From: Candidatus Latescibacterota bacterium
Lineage (GTDB): Bacteria > Latescibacterota > UBA2968 > GCA-2709665
DNA: 64,000 nucleotides
NCBI GenBank assembly: GCA_965208835.1
Contig: OZ242358.1
Span: 3,296,001 to 3,360,000, forward strand
Direction of reading: 5' to 3'
Under the pieces are notes generated by a model. That model ran no database searches and was not told the DNA's origin. It saw only the letters and a program-made list of their open reading frames with translations. The position numbers were made by a program, and so were the translations under genes. This document shows positions 28,410 through 38,771 of this stretch, in pieces. The first letter of the stretch is position 1. The number at the start of each line of letters is the position of its first letter.

Positions 28410-28895
28410 TTATCCTCGTTCATTTGCTGTCAGTGCATCCGACCAACGTCCGGCCATTTTCCTCAATTCTTCCTCGTGAATTGGCCAATCGTGAAGCGTG
28501 GCAGGATCGAAGTCAGCGTCATTAGCAGTCCGTTGATAAAGTCGCTCTGCAGGCGAGGCCGAGCCATTGTGGACGAAGACAAGGCGCGCAACCGAGTCCC
28601 ATCCTGCGATTCGGCGATGGCGCGCAACGCAGTATTTCGACCGCAAGGGCCGGCCGTAGCCCGGATGGGCTTTTTCAACGGGCTGCTGAGACCAGACGAG
28701 TGTATGCACTTCAGAATCGATGCGCACCTGATTAAATAGCACTTCATCTACCAGTGGTCCGAACAACTCGCCCTCAAGTACCGGTCGAAAATCGATATCC
28801 TGAGTCGTCTCATCGTTAAATCGGACATGAATCCGATAGGGCCCGACAATCTCGAACGAAACGACTCGGTAAATTGGATGACGCATTTTATCCAA
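28410..28895 (-). CDS. DUF2442 family protein with a 55-codon in-frame insertion
   Basis: VRFND...IDFRPVLEGELFGPL...TLVWS[insert]NDADFDP. Confidence 0.8.
   Translation of the reverse strand: MDKMRHPIYRVVSFEIVGPYRIHVRFNDETTQDIDFRPVLEGELFGPLVDEVLFNQVRIDSEVHTLVWSQQPVEKAHPGYGRPLRSKYCVARHRRIAGWDSVARLVFVHNGSASPAERLYQRTANDADFDPATLHDWPIHEEELRKMAGRWSDALTANERG
28524..28688. mobile_element. 165-bp MITE
   Basis: TIRs AGCAGTCCGTTGATAAAGTC / GGCTTTTTCAACGGGCTGCT. Confidence 0.85.
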
Positions 28896-28955
28896 ACTCG
28901 CTGTGCACCGAACTTGAAGATTTGCAGTGAAGCACTTGTACCAATCGGCTTCCCG

Positions 28956-29104
28956 GGAGCGAGGGCATCCTGCCCTCGACGGCTGACTCGCGCGGCTCTG
29001 GCGCCATCATTTTCAATATGATCTCGGATGCAACGGCAACCATTGGCCCTTGATTCGAGTTTTGATGGGTTACAGGAAGTTCGAGGGCAGGATGCCCTCG
29101 CTCC
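28956..29104. repeat. REP doublet (REPIN-like)
   Basis: Perfect 24-bp inverted repeat GGAGCGAGGGCATCCTGCCCTCGA, each arm palindromic. Confidence 0.85.
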
Positions 29105-29399
29105 GCATGTTCGTGGATCAAGCCGCAAAAGAGGGCAGATTGTCCTCGGTCGCAGGACGCTCGTGTCCGTTTCGAAACCCTGGGGGAAATGTAACGAAAT
29201 CTACAACGGTAAGCAAAATCCGAATCGGGACAGGTGGGATTCAGTTTCTGCTCCTCGGAGTAACTCCAATAAACTCTTCAAACCGCGATTTCATAAGCTG
29301 ACGCCAATCGACCGGGTTTTCGATTCAAGCTGACGGCTGATCGATGCCCTTCCTGTTTCCGGACGGTCGGATTATGGCAATCAATTTCCGAGCGCGGAA

Positions 29400-30041
29400 C
29401 TACGGCCATTTGTAATGCCGTATCTTGGGATCGCGGTAGGTCGCCCGGGTGTCCCACCACATTGCGATGCCGATGCCGCCGCCGTCATACCTGGCATCGG
29501 CCACCTGGTTGACGAGTTTACCGTCGATATAGGTGGTCAGCGAGCGGTGCCGGGCCGATATGATGAGGTGGTACTCGCGCCCCTTCTCCAGTGCGTAGTT
29601 GACGACACTGAGCTTGGTGACACCGTGGATGCCCGGCTCACGCAACGTGACGTTGATCGTCTGCCAGGCGTAATCGAATTCGACGAAGTAGAAGCCCTTT
29701 CTGTCGTCGGTCGCGCGGAAGGGGAACTGCATGCACGAGCCCTCTTCCAGCGTGACGAAAAGCGAATACTCGTAGTTCTTCCATCCGGTATCACCCTGGA
29801 AAATATGCGACTTGCGTTCGCCGTCCAGCTTCCCGACAATGGCGTCGCCATCGCGAGACCACCCTTCGGATGACGCCGTCGATAGCCAGCCCTCGAGGCC
29901 CGTGCCCTGAAGAAGCGACTGCCAGGGGATGATCAGGCCGTCAGGGCGGCTCCGGCCATAGTCGTTGTCAGCGCCGGCATCCGCGTCGACCGTCGAAACA
30001 GAGAAGACAAACGTGAGAAGGCACACGAAGAGGATATTCAT
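29400..30041 (-). CDS. DUF1080 (3-keto-disaccharide hydrolase-like) secreted protein
   Basis: Signal peptide; GTGLEGW...WSRDGDAIVG; YIDGKLV; GGIGI. Confidence 0.7.
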   Translation of the reverse strand: MNILFVCLLTFVFSVSTVDADAGADNDYGRSRPDGLIIPWQSLLQGTGLEGWLSTASSEGWSRDGDAIVGKLDGERKSHIFQGDTGWKNYEYSLFVTLEEGSCMQFPFRATDDRKGFYFVEFDYAWQTINVTLREPGIHGVTKLSVVNYALEKGREYHLIISARHRSLTTYIDGKLVNQVADARYDGGGIGIAMWWDTRATYRDPKIRHYKWP

Positions 30042-30129
30042 ATCATCGTCCTGTTACGTTGTAATCACGCGTTGGACGACCTCCAGGCAGCGAAGGGCAT
30101 CAGCCGACAACTGAACACTCTGACTGCGT

Positions 30130-31128
30130 CTAGCCTTCTACCTCTCGCCCGTAGACCGTGCGAATCACGTCCTCGATATCGGGCTCCTGGACGGACACGT
30201 CTCGCACCCGATAGCGGGCCGATAACTCCGCGATGAGTGCGGACGCAGACACCTGGCTCCTCGCAAAGCGGATGCGGACGACGTTGTTCCGCCTTTCGAG
30301 GATCTCCGCGTGGGGATGCGCGAAGCCGCTCAGCGGCTCGCCGTCGCCGGGATCGCACTCGACGATCAGATAGCGGTGAGGGGTGATTGAGTCGACGAGC
30401 GCCGCCAGCGGACCATCTTCGATAATGCGTCCCTGGTTGATGATGATGAGTCGCTCACAGAGTTCCTCCACGTCGTCGAGGTCGTGGGTGGTCAGCAGCA
30501 CGGTGGTGCGCCGGCGCCGGTTGATGTCCAGGATGAATGTACGGATCGCCGCTTTCACCTCGATGTCCATGCCTATCGTGGGCTCGTCGAGAAACAGGAT
30601 ATCCGGCGCGTGCAGCATGGCGCCGGCCAACTCCCCGCGCATGCGTTGCCCGAGGGACAACTGCCGCACCGGTGTGTCGAGAAGATCGCCGATGCCGAGC
30701 ACCTCGCAGAGCTCGGCCAGGCTCCGCTCGAAGTCGTCGCCGGCAACGCGGTAGATCCGCTTGAAAAGCTCGTAGGATTCGCCCAGGCGAAGGTCCCAGT
30801 TCAGTTGGCTGCGCTGGCCGAACACGGCGCCAATGCGCTGTACGACCGCCCGCCGTTGCCTCTGGGGCGAGAGGCCGACGACGGAGACGCGCCCGGACGT
30901 TGGATAGAGGATGCCCGAAAGCATCTTTATCGTCGTCGACTTCCCCGCGCCATTCGGACCGATGAATCCCACCAGCTCGCCCGGCTCGATCGCAAAGCTC
31001 ACGTCGCGCACCGCGTACACTTCACGCCGGTTGGGCCGGAACAAGCCCTTTACCGCACCGGCCAGCCCCTTTTCCTTCCCGGTCACGCGGAACGTCTTGC
31101 AAACCCTCTCCAGTTCAATATGCGCCAT
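30130..31128 (-). CDS. ABC transporter ATP-binding protein
   Basis: GPNGAGKS, LSLGQRMR, FLDEPT. Confidence 0.95.
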   Translation of the reverse strand: MAHIELERVCKTFRVTGKEKGLAGAVKGLFRPNRREVYAVRDVSFAIEPGELVGFIGPNGAGKSTTIKMLSGILYPTSGRVSVVGLSPQRQRRAVVQRIGAVFGQRSQLNWDLRLGESYELFKRIYRVAGDDFERSLAELCEVLGIGDLLDTPVRQLSLGQRMRGELAGAMLHAPDILFLDEPTIGMDIEVKAAIRTFILDINRRRRTTVLLTTHDLDDVEELCERLIIINQGRIIEDGPLAALVDSITPHRYLIVECDPGDGEPLSGFAHPHAEILERRNNVVRIRFARSQVSASALIAELSARYRVRDVSVQEPDIEDVIRTVYGREVEG

Positions 31129-31131
31129 GAT

Positions 31132-31947
31132 CTACGACCCTGCACTTTCATAGCGGCGGAGGCCGGCGGCAAAGACAGCCAACGCCAGGACGAGCATGGC
31201 GACACCCACAACGGGCGTCCACAGAGCCACGTCGAGTGGCAGCGACGTGTTTGCACTCTGGCCGAGGAAGTCGCAGGCGGGGTAGAACCCGATGAAGCCG
31301 AGGGGCAGAACAAAGGTCAATAGCGCCTGCAGGGGCCACGGGTACACGGTCAGCGGATAGAACGTCCCACGCGCCATCAGTTCCATGCTGGCGTCCACCA
31401 GGGGCTGGCTTCGCATGGTCCAGAACGCGATGGAGCTGATGAGGGTGAGGTAGGACCAGTAGATCAGGGTCCCGCCGGCGATGACGAGGAGTACCTCGGC
31501 GACATTGAGCGGGGTCCAGACAAAGCCGGACAGCCTGGCCCCGTAGAGGAAGTAGCCCGCTCCGATGCCCAGGTGCACGAGGCCGACGACATTGATTCTG
31601 TGGCAGGAAAAGTGGAACGTGATCTCCAGAGGTCTGAGAAGCATCAGGTCGAACTCGCCGCGCGTGACAAACCGATCGATCTGCCGCGACTGAAATGACA
31701 GAATGGACATGACGCCGCGGCTCATCAGGCTCAGCCCGTACAGAAACGCAAGCTGTGAGAAGGTCCATCCCGACAGCGGCTGGAACCGGTCGACCAGTAC
31801 CTTGAGGGCGACGCCGATCCAGATGTAGTTGAAGCCCAGACCGAGGCAGATGCTCAGCAGTGAGAACGGATACTCCAACGCCCGTTGCATCGACAAACGG
31901 CCATACATGGCTCCAACGGACAGGTGATGACGCAAGTCGGCGATCAC
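31132..31947 (-). CDS. ABC-2 family permease (DUF990-type)
   Basis: GWTFSQL, GEFDLMLLRP, YPLTVYP, RRYESAGS. Confidence 0.9.
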   Translation of the reverse strand: MIADLRHHLSVGAMYGRLSMQRALEYPFSLLSICLGLGFNYIWIGVALKVLVDRFQPLSGWTFSQLAFLYGLSLMSRGVMSILSFQSRQIDRFVTRGEFDLMLLRPLEITFHFSCHRINVVGLVHLGIGAGYFLYGARLSGFVWTPLNVAEVLLVIAGGTLIYWSYLTLISSIAFWTMRSQPLVDASMELMARGTFYPLTVYPWPLQALLTFVLPLGFIGFYPACDFLGQSANTSLPLDVALWTPVVGVAMLVLALAVFAAGLRRYESAGS

Positions 31948-31955
31948 GGGACTAC

Positions 31956-32747
31956 CTATCCTCCCTGAACGAAGACCCGCCGCTGGGCGCGTTTCCAGAC
32001 AAAACCCGCGAGCAGGGCGAATACCACAACCCAGAGAACCTGCACGGAGAGGATGTGGACGACCTCTGCGGCAGTGACGCGACCGATGTAGATCTCCAGC
32101 GGCGCCTGGAACATGTACTGAAAGGGCAGCCACCGCGAAACATTGGCGATGAAGTCGGGAAACAGCCACATGGGCACCAATCTTCCCGACAGGGCAAAGA
32201 CAAGGCTGGTCTTCACCGCACTCACGTCCCCAAAGTCGGTGACCCAGAATGCCGTCATGCCCACCAGGACGCTGAGCAGCCACAGGAGCAGGAAGCTCAG
32301 CGCACAGCTCGGCAGAAACAGCAGCCACGCGCCCACGCCCGCCGGCAGCGGTGGAGCCACAAAAAGCAGCGAGATGGCCAGCAGGGGCAGGGCGAACTGC
32401 GTAACGGCAGTCAGCGAACGCCCCACATCTTCGGTCATCCAGTACCAGACGAGGTTCACCGGCCGGATCAGATCGAGCGCGATCTCGCCTGCGCGGATCT
32501 TTGCAAAGAGCACGTCGTCGATGCTGACAGTGAAGCATGCATTCATCAGCACGGCGACGACGGCATACGTGACCATCTGCGCCTCGGTGACCCCGGCGAC
32601 CTCGTCGATCCCGCGATACGCGGTGCGCCAGAGGAAGACGGAGCCAAGGAGGAAGAACAGGTTCCGCCCGATTGACGACAGATACTCGAAGCGGTAGGCC
32701 AGCGCGTTGAGCAGCTGGAGCTTCAGCAGGTAGGTGTAAAGGTGCAT
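31956..32747 (-). CDS. ABC-2 family permease (DUF990-type)
   Basis: GEIALDLIRP, LSGRLVP, WLPF, VQGG. Confidence 0.9.
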   Translation of the reverse strand: MHLYTYLLKLQLLNALAYRFEYLSSIGRNLFFLLGSVFLWRTAYRGIDEVAGVTEAQMVTYAVVAVLMNACFTVSIDDVLFAKIRAGEIALDLIRPVNLVWYWMTEDVGRSLTAVTQFALPLLAISLLFVAPPLPAGVGAWLLFLPSCALSFLLLWLLSVLVGMTAFWVTDFGDVSAVKTSLVFALSGRLVPMWLFPDFIANVSRWLPFQYMFQAPLEIYIGRVTAAEVVHILSVQVLWVVVFALLAGFVWKRAQRRVFVQGG

Positions 32748-32781
32748 GGATGGTTGGATCCGGAAGCGTGATTCTCGACGT

Positions 32782-33759
32782 TCAATCTATGCCTTCGATT
32801 GCAGCCTCGCCCATACGAATCGCCACATGCGGGAGAGCGAGTATACGGTCATCCAGTTCCCAGGTTTTCCGATTGGGCGATCTCGGGCTCCATTTCCGGT
32901 GGAGTTGGCAGAGTCGTCTGGCATACCAGGCCGCGAAGATGAGAGGGAGTGCGGTACGTTCATCTTCGGAGGGAGGCCGTACTGAGAAATACCCCGCCAC
33001 GAATCGCTGCATTTCCTCATCTGAAAGCTGTCGACCCACGGTCCCGATCAGCCATTGAATCCGGACCATCACCACGTCCACAAGCGCCGGAGCGAAGTGA
33101 GCCGAATTGAAGTCGGTGAACCGAATCTCACCAGACGGGGAAGTGATCGTATTCCAACTTCGCACGTCTCCGCGACACAAGAGCCAACGGACGTTCATCC
33201 TGTTCGGCGTGTTGTTCAACTGTGCTCGAAGCCGGGTGACCGCATCTGCCGCGTTCGAGGAGAACGTCGTCCTCTTGCAATACTCGAGAGCGTCAGAGAT
33301 GTACAGCCGCGCATCCTTGACTTCTGAACTGAAGATTGGAAAGTCTTCGCTCGCATCGTGAACCCGTGCGAGAGCCTCCCCCACGTTGCCGAGCGTATCG
33401 ACGCGGTCTACAACCTCTCCTTCCAGGAAGCTCTCGACCGAAATCACCAGGTCTCGGACGGATTTGTACAGCCGACCATCCGTGGTTGGACGGATGTCGG
33501 GACACGGCGCGCCGCGCTCGGCAAGGTGTCGAACGAATTCCACAATGGTTTTGGGATGGACCGAACCGTCCCAACCCGGATTCACGCGGAACACAACGCG
33601 TCCGTCCCGCAGACTGTCACAAAAGAAGACGCACTGTGAGTTCGCCCTGCAGACGTTGTTCACTTCCAGATCCCAGAATCGCTTGCAGAGATCCACAATC
33701 TCTCGCTGGTCGGGCAGCGGGCCCGTTTCGTCTCTGGATCTGGGATATATGGCTTCCAT
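32782..33759 (-). CDS. APH/homoserine-kinase-like phosphotransferase
   Basis: GEALARVH, CRGDVRSWN, FTDF. Confidence 0.8.
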   Translation of the reverse strand: MEAIYPRSRDETGPLPDQREIVDLCKRFWDLEVNNVCRANSQCVFFCDSLRDGRVVFRVNPGWDGSVHPKTIVEFVRHLAERGAPCPDIRPTTDGRLYKSVRDLVISVESFLEGEVVDRVDTLGNVGEALARVHDASEDFPIFSSEVKDARLYISDALEYCKRTTFSSNAADAVTRLRAQLNNTPNRMNVRWLLCRGDVRSWNTITSPSGEIRFTDFNSAHFAPALVDVVMVRIQWLIGTVGRQLSDEEMQRFVAGYFSVRPPSEDERTALPLIFAAWYARRLCQLHRKWSPRSPNRKTWELDDRILALPHVAIRMGEAAIEGID

Positions 33760-33867
33760 TGGTTTTCCGGGCCCCGAACCGGCCTTAGCGGTTACGCGAA
33801 GGGCGTAAGATCTAAGCCGTGGGCGGACGTGTCTGTTGAAGCTGTGCACCCTGCTTCCGCCCGGATT

Positions 33868-34506
33868 TCAGGGAACAGTGTACTTTGTCCACCAGCGATG
33901 GTCCATAGTGAACTCCATGTTTTCTACCAGATGACCGATTACGGATTCCACCTGGGCTTCATCCGGTAGATTGTCGATAAGCCTGTAACTTTTGCCATTG
34001 GAACACTCGCGATCTGAGTAGAAGTCGATCCCGTCGTCGCTCTCGGGTGCCCGGTATCGTTGGCCCCCCATGACAACCACAGCTCCTCGATTGAGTTTTC
34101 TATGGACGTTCTCCACCAGCCGGTGCCAATCAGAATACGGCACATGATTGATGAAGTTGAAGTGAAATGCAGCATCGAAACGCTCATCTAGCTGGCCTAA
34201 ATCGAATGCGTCAGATTGGACGAACTCAACGTTTGCCTCGTTCACTAAACTACGTCCGATTGCCAGGATCTGTTCCGACGTGTCCGTTGCTAATACCGAT
34301 TCAGCTGTTTGCGCGATGTGTTTCGTCCATCGTCCCCCTCCAGCTGCGAGTTCCAGCACCTTGCGACCGGAAAATGCCCGCTGGATTTGTTCTATTGTGC
34401 GTCTCTGTTCGACGCTCAAGTTGGCTTCATCGTCAATGTAGGATTGCCGCACGACGTCCCAGTCGTAAGAATATTTGGCGCCGTCGTAGTATTCGATCAT
34501 CTGCAT
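33868..34506 (-). CDS. Class I SAM-dependent methyltransferase
   Basis: VLELAAGGGRWT, FDAAF; start uncertain. Confidence 0.85.
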   Translation of the reverse strand: MQMIEYYDGAKYSYDWDVVRQSYIDDEANLSVEQRRTIEQIQRAFSGRKVLELAAGGGRWTKHIAQTAESVLATDTSEQILAIGRSLVNEANVEFVQSDAFDLGQLDERFDAAFHFNFINHVPYSDWHRLVENVHRKLNRGAVVVMGGQRYRAPESDDGIDFYSDRECSNGKSYRLIDNLPDEAQVESVIGHLVENMEFTMDHRWWTKYTVP

Positions 34507-34860
34507 GCGGTACGAATGCGAATTCAGATCTACCAAGAACACCTCCGATCTATCCTGTCCCGCTTGGGAAAAACACTCACTGCCTGGACCAGGTATCGCA
34601 ATTTCAACTGAATTCTTCACCGCTTGTGGCCCATTCGTGAGGGGTGACCGCAGGCGCCGGGTAGCGGACGCCGTACAGAATCCCCACCGGACAGCCTTCC
34701 CAGTGGGGATCCAATTTGGTATCGGTCGACATTAGAGACCAACATCATTGGGCCGACTGACGGCCTTCCATTCAGTATCTGCAGCGCCGGGGAATCTCGC
34801 GCATGCGATTCCGTCTGTTTGTGGATAACCTCTCCTGGCTTTCGCACGTGGAGGCATTGG

Positions 34861-35919
34861 TCAGAGCCGTACCCAGTCTTTGAGGTCTGCATGCTCGAAT
34901 ATCATCTCGCGCTGTATCTGCAGATCCTGTCCCAGGCCGGCTTCGAGGGCTCTCTCATACATGGCAATGGCGATCCCGACGTCAACGTAGGCCAGACCCA
35001 CTGCGTTAAAGTAGATTCTTTCGTCGTCGTTTTCCCTCCCCGGCTTCGTACCACGGACCAATTCCACGAGATTCGCGTACAAGTCGTCATCCGCCAGCAG
35101 GCCCTCCTTGTACATACGACTGAGCGTCTGTGTTCTATGTTTCACGGTCTCCCAGTCATCGCATACAATCTTATCGCACAGTTTCGCCACGTTGTATTCA
35201 TCCTCCCATCCACCAATGTGACTGTAGAAAGCACCGGGTTTCATCCAGTCCGCCTTAAGCAGCGGCGCCTGTGCACTGGTTGCCGTGACAATGATGTCCG
35301 CTCCGTCAACGGCACGTTCGAGGTCTGAATTCGCCATCGAAAAATCCATATCGGGAACGATTGCAGACATTTCCCTTGTAAACTGTTCTTCCTCGGCACC
35401 CAGCTTCGCGGCCACACGACATGTCGTCAGTGAAGGTATGGCAGTCTTCATCGCGATCAGATGCATCTTTGCCTGTTCACCGGCCCCGATGAATCCGATC
35501 GATGTTGCGTCCTGACGCGCCAGATATTTGGCGGCCAGTGCGCCGATGCTTCCAACCCGAATGTTGGAACACAGGGTGCCTTCCATGAACGCGATCGGGA
35601 ATCCATGGACAATCTCGGACAGGATGATCACTGCCGAGAGATTCTGAATCCCGTGTTTGACCGGATTCGGTGGAAAGACCGACACCCACTTCATGCCGCA
35701 AATTTCCTTATCCTTGAACGTCGCCGGCAGGCAGTTGATTCTCTCCTGGGTTTCATCGTTGAAGATCTGCACGATCTTGTCAGGAAACAGAACGTCTCCT
35801 TTGTCAAAGGCACGAATCGCCGATTCGGCAGCGTCCATCGCCATCCGGATATCCAGGCATCCGGCGGCAAGGAGGTCTTCCTGTGAAAAGAAACGGCAAT
35901 GAATGTCATGGCGAGGCAT
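34861..35919 (-). CDS. Ornithine cyclodeaminase/mu-crystallin family protein
   Basis: KWVSVFPPN, IGAGEQA, IVTAT, GLAYVD. Confidence 0.9.
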   Translation of the reverse strand: MPRHDIHCRFFSQEDLLAAGCLDIRMAMDAAESAIRAFDKGDVLFPDKIVQIFNDETQERINCLPATFKDKEICGMKWVSVFPPNPVKHGIQNLSAVIILSEIVHGFPIAFMEGTLCSNIRVGSIGALAAKYLARQDATSIGFIGAGEQAKMHLIAMKTAIPSLTTCRVAAKLGAEEEQFTREMSAIVPDMDFSMANSDLERAVDGADIIVTATSAQAPLLKADWMKPGAFYSHIGGWEDEYNVAKLCDKIVCDDWETVKHRTQTLSRMYKEGLLADDDLYANLVELVRGTKPGRENDDERIYFNAVGLAYVDVGIAIAMYERALEAGLGQDLQIQREMIFEHADLKDWVRL

Positions 35920-35941
35920 CAGTGATCCTTCCGTTTAGAAT

Positions 35942-36138
35942 TAGCCTTAATTTCACAAAAATCGCAACGTGGCATGGCGACGAAACTTTCCGAAACGGGC
36001 TGAAATGGTCGTTAGGAAGGACGCTTATTCAGTTCACGTCCAGCGACCTGGTGTATCCTGTAAATCCGCAGTTTAATCGCCTTTGTCTACGTGCATATTT
36101 CCGGTCTTACGTCCCCGAAAAATTTCGAATCAAGGTTA
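35942..36138 (+). mobile_element. 197-bp MITE, copy 2
   Basis: TAGCCTTAATT...AATCAAGGTTA; same length as and aligns with 4030-4226. Confidence 0.8.
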
Positions 36139-36141
36139 GAA

Positions 36142-36720
36142 TCAGATTTCCCAGTTCGACACGTATGATCGGCTCTTGAGTCGCTCCGCAAGCTCAATCA
36201 GTACAGATAGTGACTTGCTCAATCTGGCCGTCGTCGCGTCGTCGAGTTCGCCTCCCTCACCCCAATTGTCGCCGTGCGCATAGACATTGTAGGGGCTGAC
36301 AATGCACTTGAAATCCAGCATCAGGGAGGTTGCGAGAGAAGCAAACGCCATATAGCTGTGCGGATAGCTGGCCGAATTGACAAACATCACGACCTTGTCA
36401 TAGAAAGCGCCTCTGCGCGATCCGCCAGGTGGCGTCGAGCCCATATATTCGACGAATTTCTTGAGCTCCGCGCAACACGCCCAGTTGTAGACCGGACTGG
36501 CCAATATGACCGCATCGGCTGCCGTAATCATCTTGTGGCACGATTGGTAAACCTCGGATGAATAGATCTCGTCGTCGTCGAAATTCGGCGGATCAAGTTG
36601 CCGAAGATCGATGAAGTCAACAGAATGCCCCTTGTCCTCCAGGGCTATCCGACACAGGTCAGCAAGCACCCTGCTCCGACTGCGGGCATCGAGACTGCTG
36701 CTGACGACTGATATTTTCAT
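36142..36720 (-). CDS. NADPH-dependent FMN reductase
   Basis: SSLDARSRS, ASPVYNW...LKKF. Confidence 0.88.
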   Translation of the reverse strand: MKISVVSSSLDARSRSRVLADLCRIALEDKGHSVDFIDLRQLDPPNFDDDEIYSSEVYQSCHKMITAADAVILASPVYNWACCAELKKFVEYMGSTPPGGSRRGAFYDKVVMFVNSASYPHSYMAFASLATSLMLDFKCIVSPYNVYAHGDNWGEGGELDDATTARLSKSLSVLIELAERLKSRSYVSNWEI

Positions 36721-36759
36721 CCAGGACTTCCTTCCTGATCGACCGGCATCGCCTGGCCT

Positions 36760-36875
36760 ACGACATTCTTGCCACCGGCGAACCCACTTATCGTAGCGAA
36801 TGTGGGTTGCGCGAGGTCGCGGGAGCGAACGCGACCGGCGCTCAGGCGGATCCGTTATTCGGCGTGTTGTTCTAC
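36760..36875 (-). repeat. Degenerate attC-like site
   Basis: GCGAACCCAC...GTGGGTTGC core; ends GTGTTGTT. Confidence 0.4.
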
Positions 36876-36910
36876 CTGAGCCAAACTCTTGGTGGGCAGG
36901 CTTCTTCCCC

Positions 36911-37702
36911 TTATGCAAAGGCCAGTTTGTACAGCCTCGCGGCTTGTTCGAAGGCCAGCCGCACGAATTCTTCCCTCTCCTTCACCCTCGAATGTTCTGT
37001 CAGAACTTCAAGTGTTACCGGCCCACCGTAGTCGGTGTTGCGGATACGCCCGCACAGATTCTCCCAGTCAATAAACCCATCGCCGGGAATGACATGGTCA
37101 ACATATTCCCGGACCCGGTCTGACAAGTGAAGTGCCAGAAGCCGATCTGACACATCCTCGAGCAATGTGAAGGGCCTGGGACCTCCCATTTGATCATGTG
37201 AAGAATCATAGCAAAACCCGAAAACATCACCTGGTAAATTGTCAAGAGCGCGTCGAACAAGATCCGTGGCGGGTCCGGGATGAACATTCTCCAGTGCTAA
37301 TCTAACTCCGTTGTCCCGAAGGATTGAAGTCAGAGCCTCGCAGGTGGCGAGCGCCGCCTCGAGGTGTTCATGCATTTCCCTGGACTCTAGGACGAATGGC
37401 CCGGCGTGCACCACAACCGTCGGTACATCGAGAAAGGCCGCGGATTCAACCGTGGCGGCCAGGGTCGAATGCGCCTGCGGAAGGTGAAGTGGTTTGCCGT
37501 GAATTGTGTCCATACGCAGGTTGCAGTCAAGCAGTAGATTCCGCAAACCGGATCTCCTCGCGTCTCCAAGGTAGCTCGAATGTGGCTCTTGTGCTCCAAG
37601 CGAAACATGCGTGAATCCTGCCTCAGCTATCAAGGGAAGCAAATCCTCAAGTGGACAGTCGTATGCAAAGGACGTAGCTATGGATGTCTTTGGTCGGCTC
37701 AT
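36911..37702 (-). CDS. Sugar phosphate isomerase/epimerase (TIM barrel)
   Basis: LALENV, YDSSH, HLSD, DHVIPGDGFIDW, LEV. Confidence 0.88.
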   Translation of the reverse strand: MSRPKTSIATSFAYDCPLEDLLPLIAEAGFTHVSLGAQEPHSSYLGDARRSGLRNLLLDCNLRMDTIHGKPLHLPQAHSTLAATVESAAFLDVPTVVVHAGPFVLESREMHEHLEAALATCEALTSILRDNGVRLALENVHPGPATDLVRRALDNLPGDVFGFCYDSSHDQMGGPRPFTLLEDVSDRLLALHLSDRVREYVDHVIPGDGFIDWENLCGRIRNTDYGGPVTLEVLTEHSRVKEREEFVRLAFEQAARLYKLAFA

Positions 37703-37874
37703 GTGCTCTCGCTACACACTGGCTCCGCTTACACTCCCGCAACGTGCCGGCTCCGGTCCCCACGATTCATCGCCCGTTCACCCGGGTTGAACCCAATCGC
37801 CAGGCAGCGCATGCTCCGAAACGCAAATATGAAGCTATAATTCTGATCCAGCCAACTCTCTCCCGGTATTCTAT

Positions 37875-38771
37875 TCAGCTCGGCGCTTGAGCAAAAGACG
37901 CAACAGAAGACGTGACCGCGTGGCCTCCCGCCAACCTTCGTCTCTCAAGACGACTCTGAAGTTCTTCGTACTCCCAGTTCCCGCTCTCGGCCTCCTCACG
38001 CCATTTCATGTTGTATGTCTCTCGCTTGCATACGTCCAGGTTTTTCGGGGCCAGCGTGAGCCACGTCTTCCCTGAGGTAACACTTCCGAAGCCGTTGAAG
38101 CAGGGGGAGTGCATGTAGAGCAGGTTCTTTGCCATGTACGTCAGATAGTCTTCCGAGCTATACCTGGCTCCGTTGTGACTCAATTCGTCGTTGCAGAAAA
38201 TCGTCCTGTGTCGGCATAGGCGGTCCCTGGTTTCCCATGGATTCATAATCAATCCGTCAGAGTCACGCAGATACGCATTGTACGAAGGGTCAACCATCAC
38301 CCACTTCGAGCGAGAAGTACACCAGACCACCGATACCACATGATTATCATAGTCGTACGGATTCAGCGGATTCAGAGATACCAATCTGCTCCGCAATCCA
38401 ATCGAAAGGCAGGCCTCTGTAAGCACGATAGACAGCATGTAGCAGTTGATACCACAGTCCTCACCCTTGCCGAACGAATACCTGAGAAGTCCCGAAGCGT
38501 TCATGGGCACCGATTCGCAGACTTCGGGCCGCGATTTGGTTATGTCGCCTCTGTGGCATACGCCTTCAGACATCCACTGCATCAAGTTCAGGACCTTTGA
38601 CCACTCGTCTCCTCCTCCCGCAACCTGATCAAGGCTATATTCTTCGCGCAGACTTTCGAGCTCAGGATGCGAGAGTTCATATTGGAAGCGAGGCGCCGAC
38701 TCATCCGGTGAGGAGTCAAACTCGTCAAACAAGCGTAAGAGCCCGCAGTTTAGCATGAACTGGTAATTCAT
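37875..38771 (-). CDS. Transglutaminase-like domain protein
   Basis: INCYML, HVVSVVW, KWVMVDP (Cys-His-Asp). Confidence 0.8.
   Translation of the reverse strand: MNYQFMLNCGLLRLFDEFDSSPDESAPRFQYELSHPELESLREEYSLDQVAGGGDEWSKVLNLMQWMSEGVCHRGDITKSRPEVCESVPMNASGLLRYSFGKGEDCGINCYMLSIVLTEACLSIGLRSRLVSLNPLNPYDYDNHVVSVVWCTSRSKWVMVDPSYNAYLRDSDGLIMNPWETRDRLCRHRTIFCNDELSHNGARYSSEDYLTYMAKNLLYMHSPCFNGFGSVTSGKTWLTLAPKNLDVCKRETYNMKWREEAESGNWEYEELQSRLERRRLAGGHAVTSSVASFAQAPS

Noticed and set aside
31948-32538. N-terminal extension of the 468-aa ORF
   Set aside because: It overlaps the upstream permease out of frame; the real start is likely GTG at 31947 after GGAGGATAGG.
34820-34828. Perfect DnaA box (TTATCCACA on the minus strand)
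   Set aside because: Single copy with no cluster or AT-rich unwinding region; plausible by chance.
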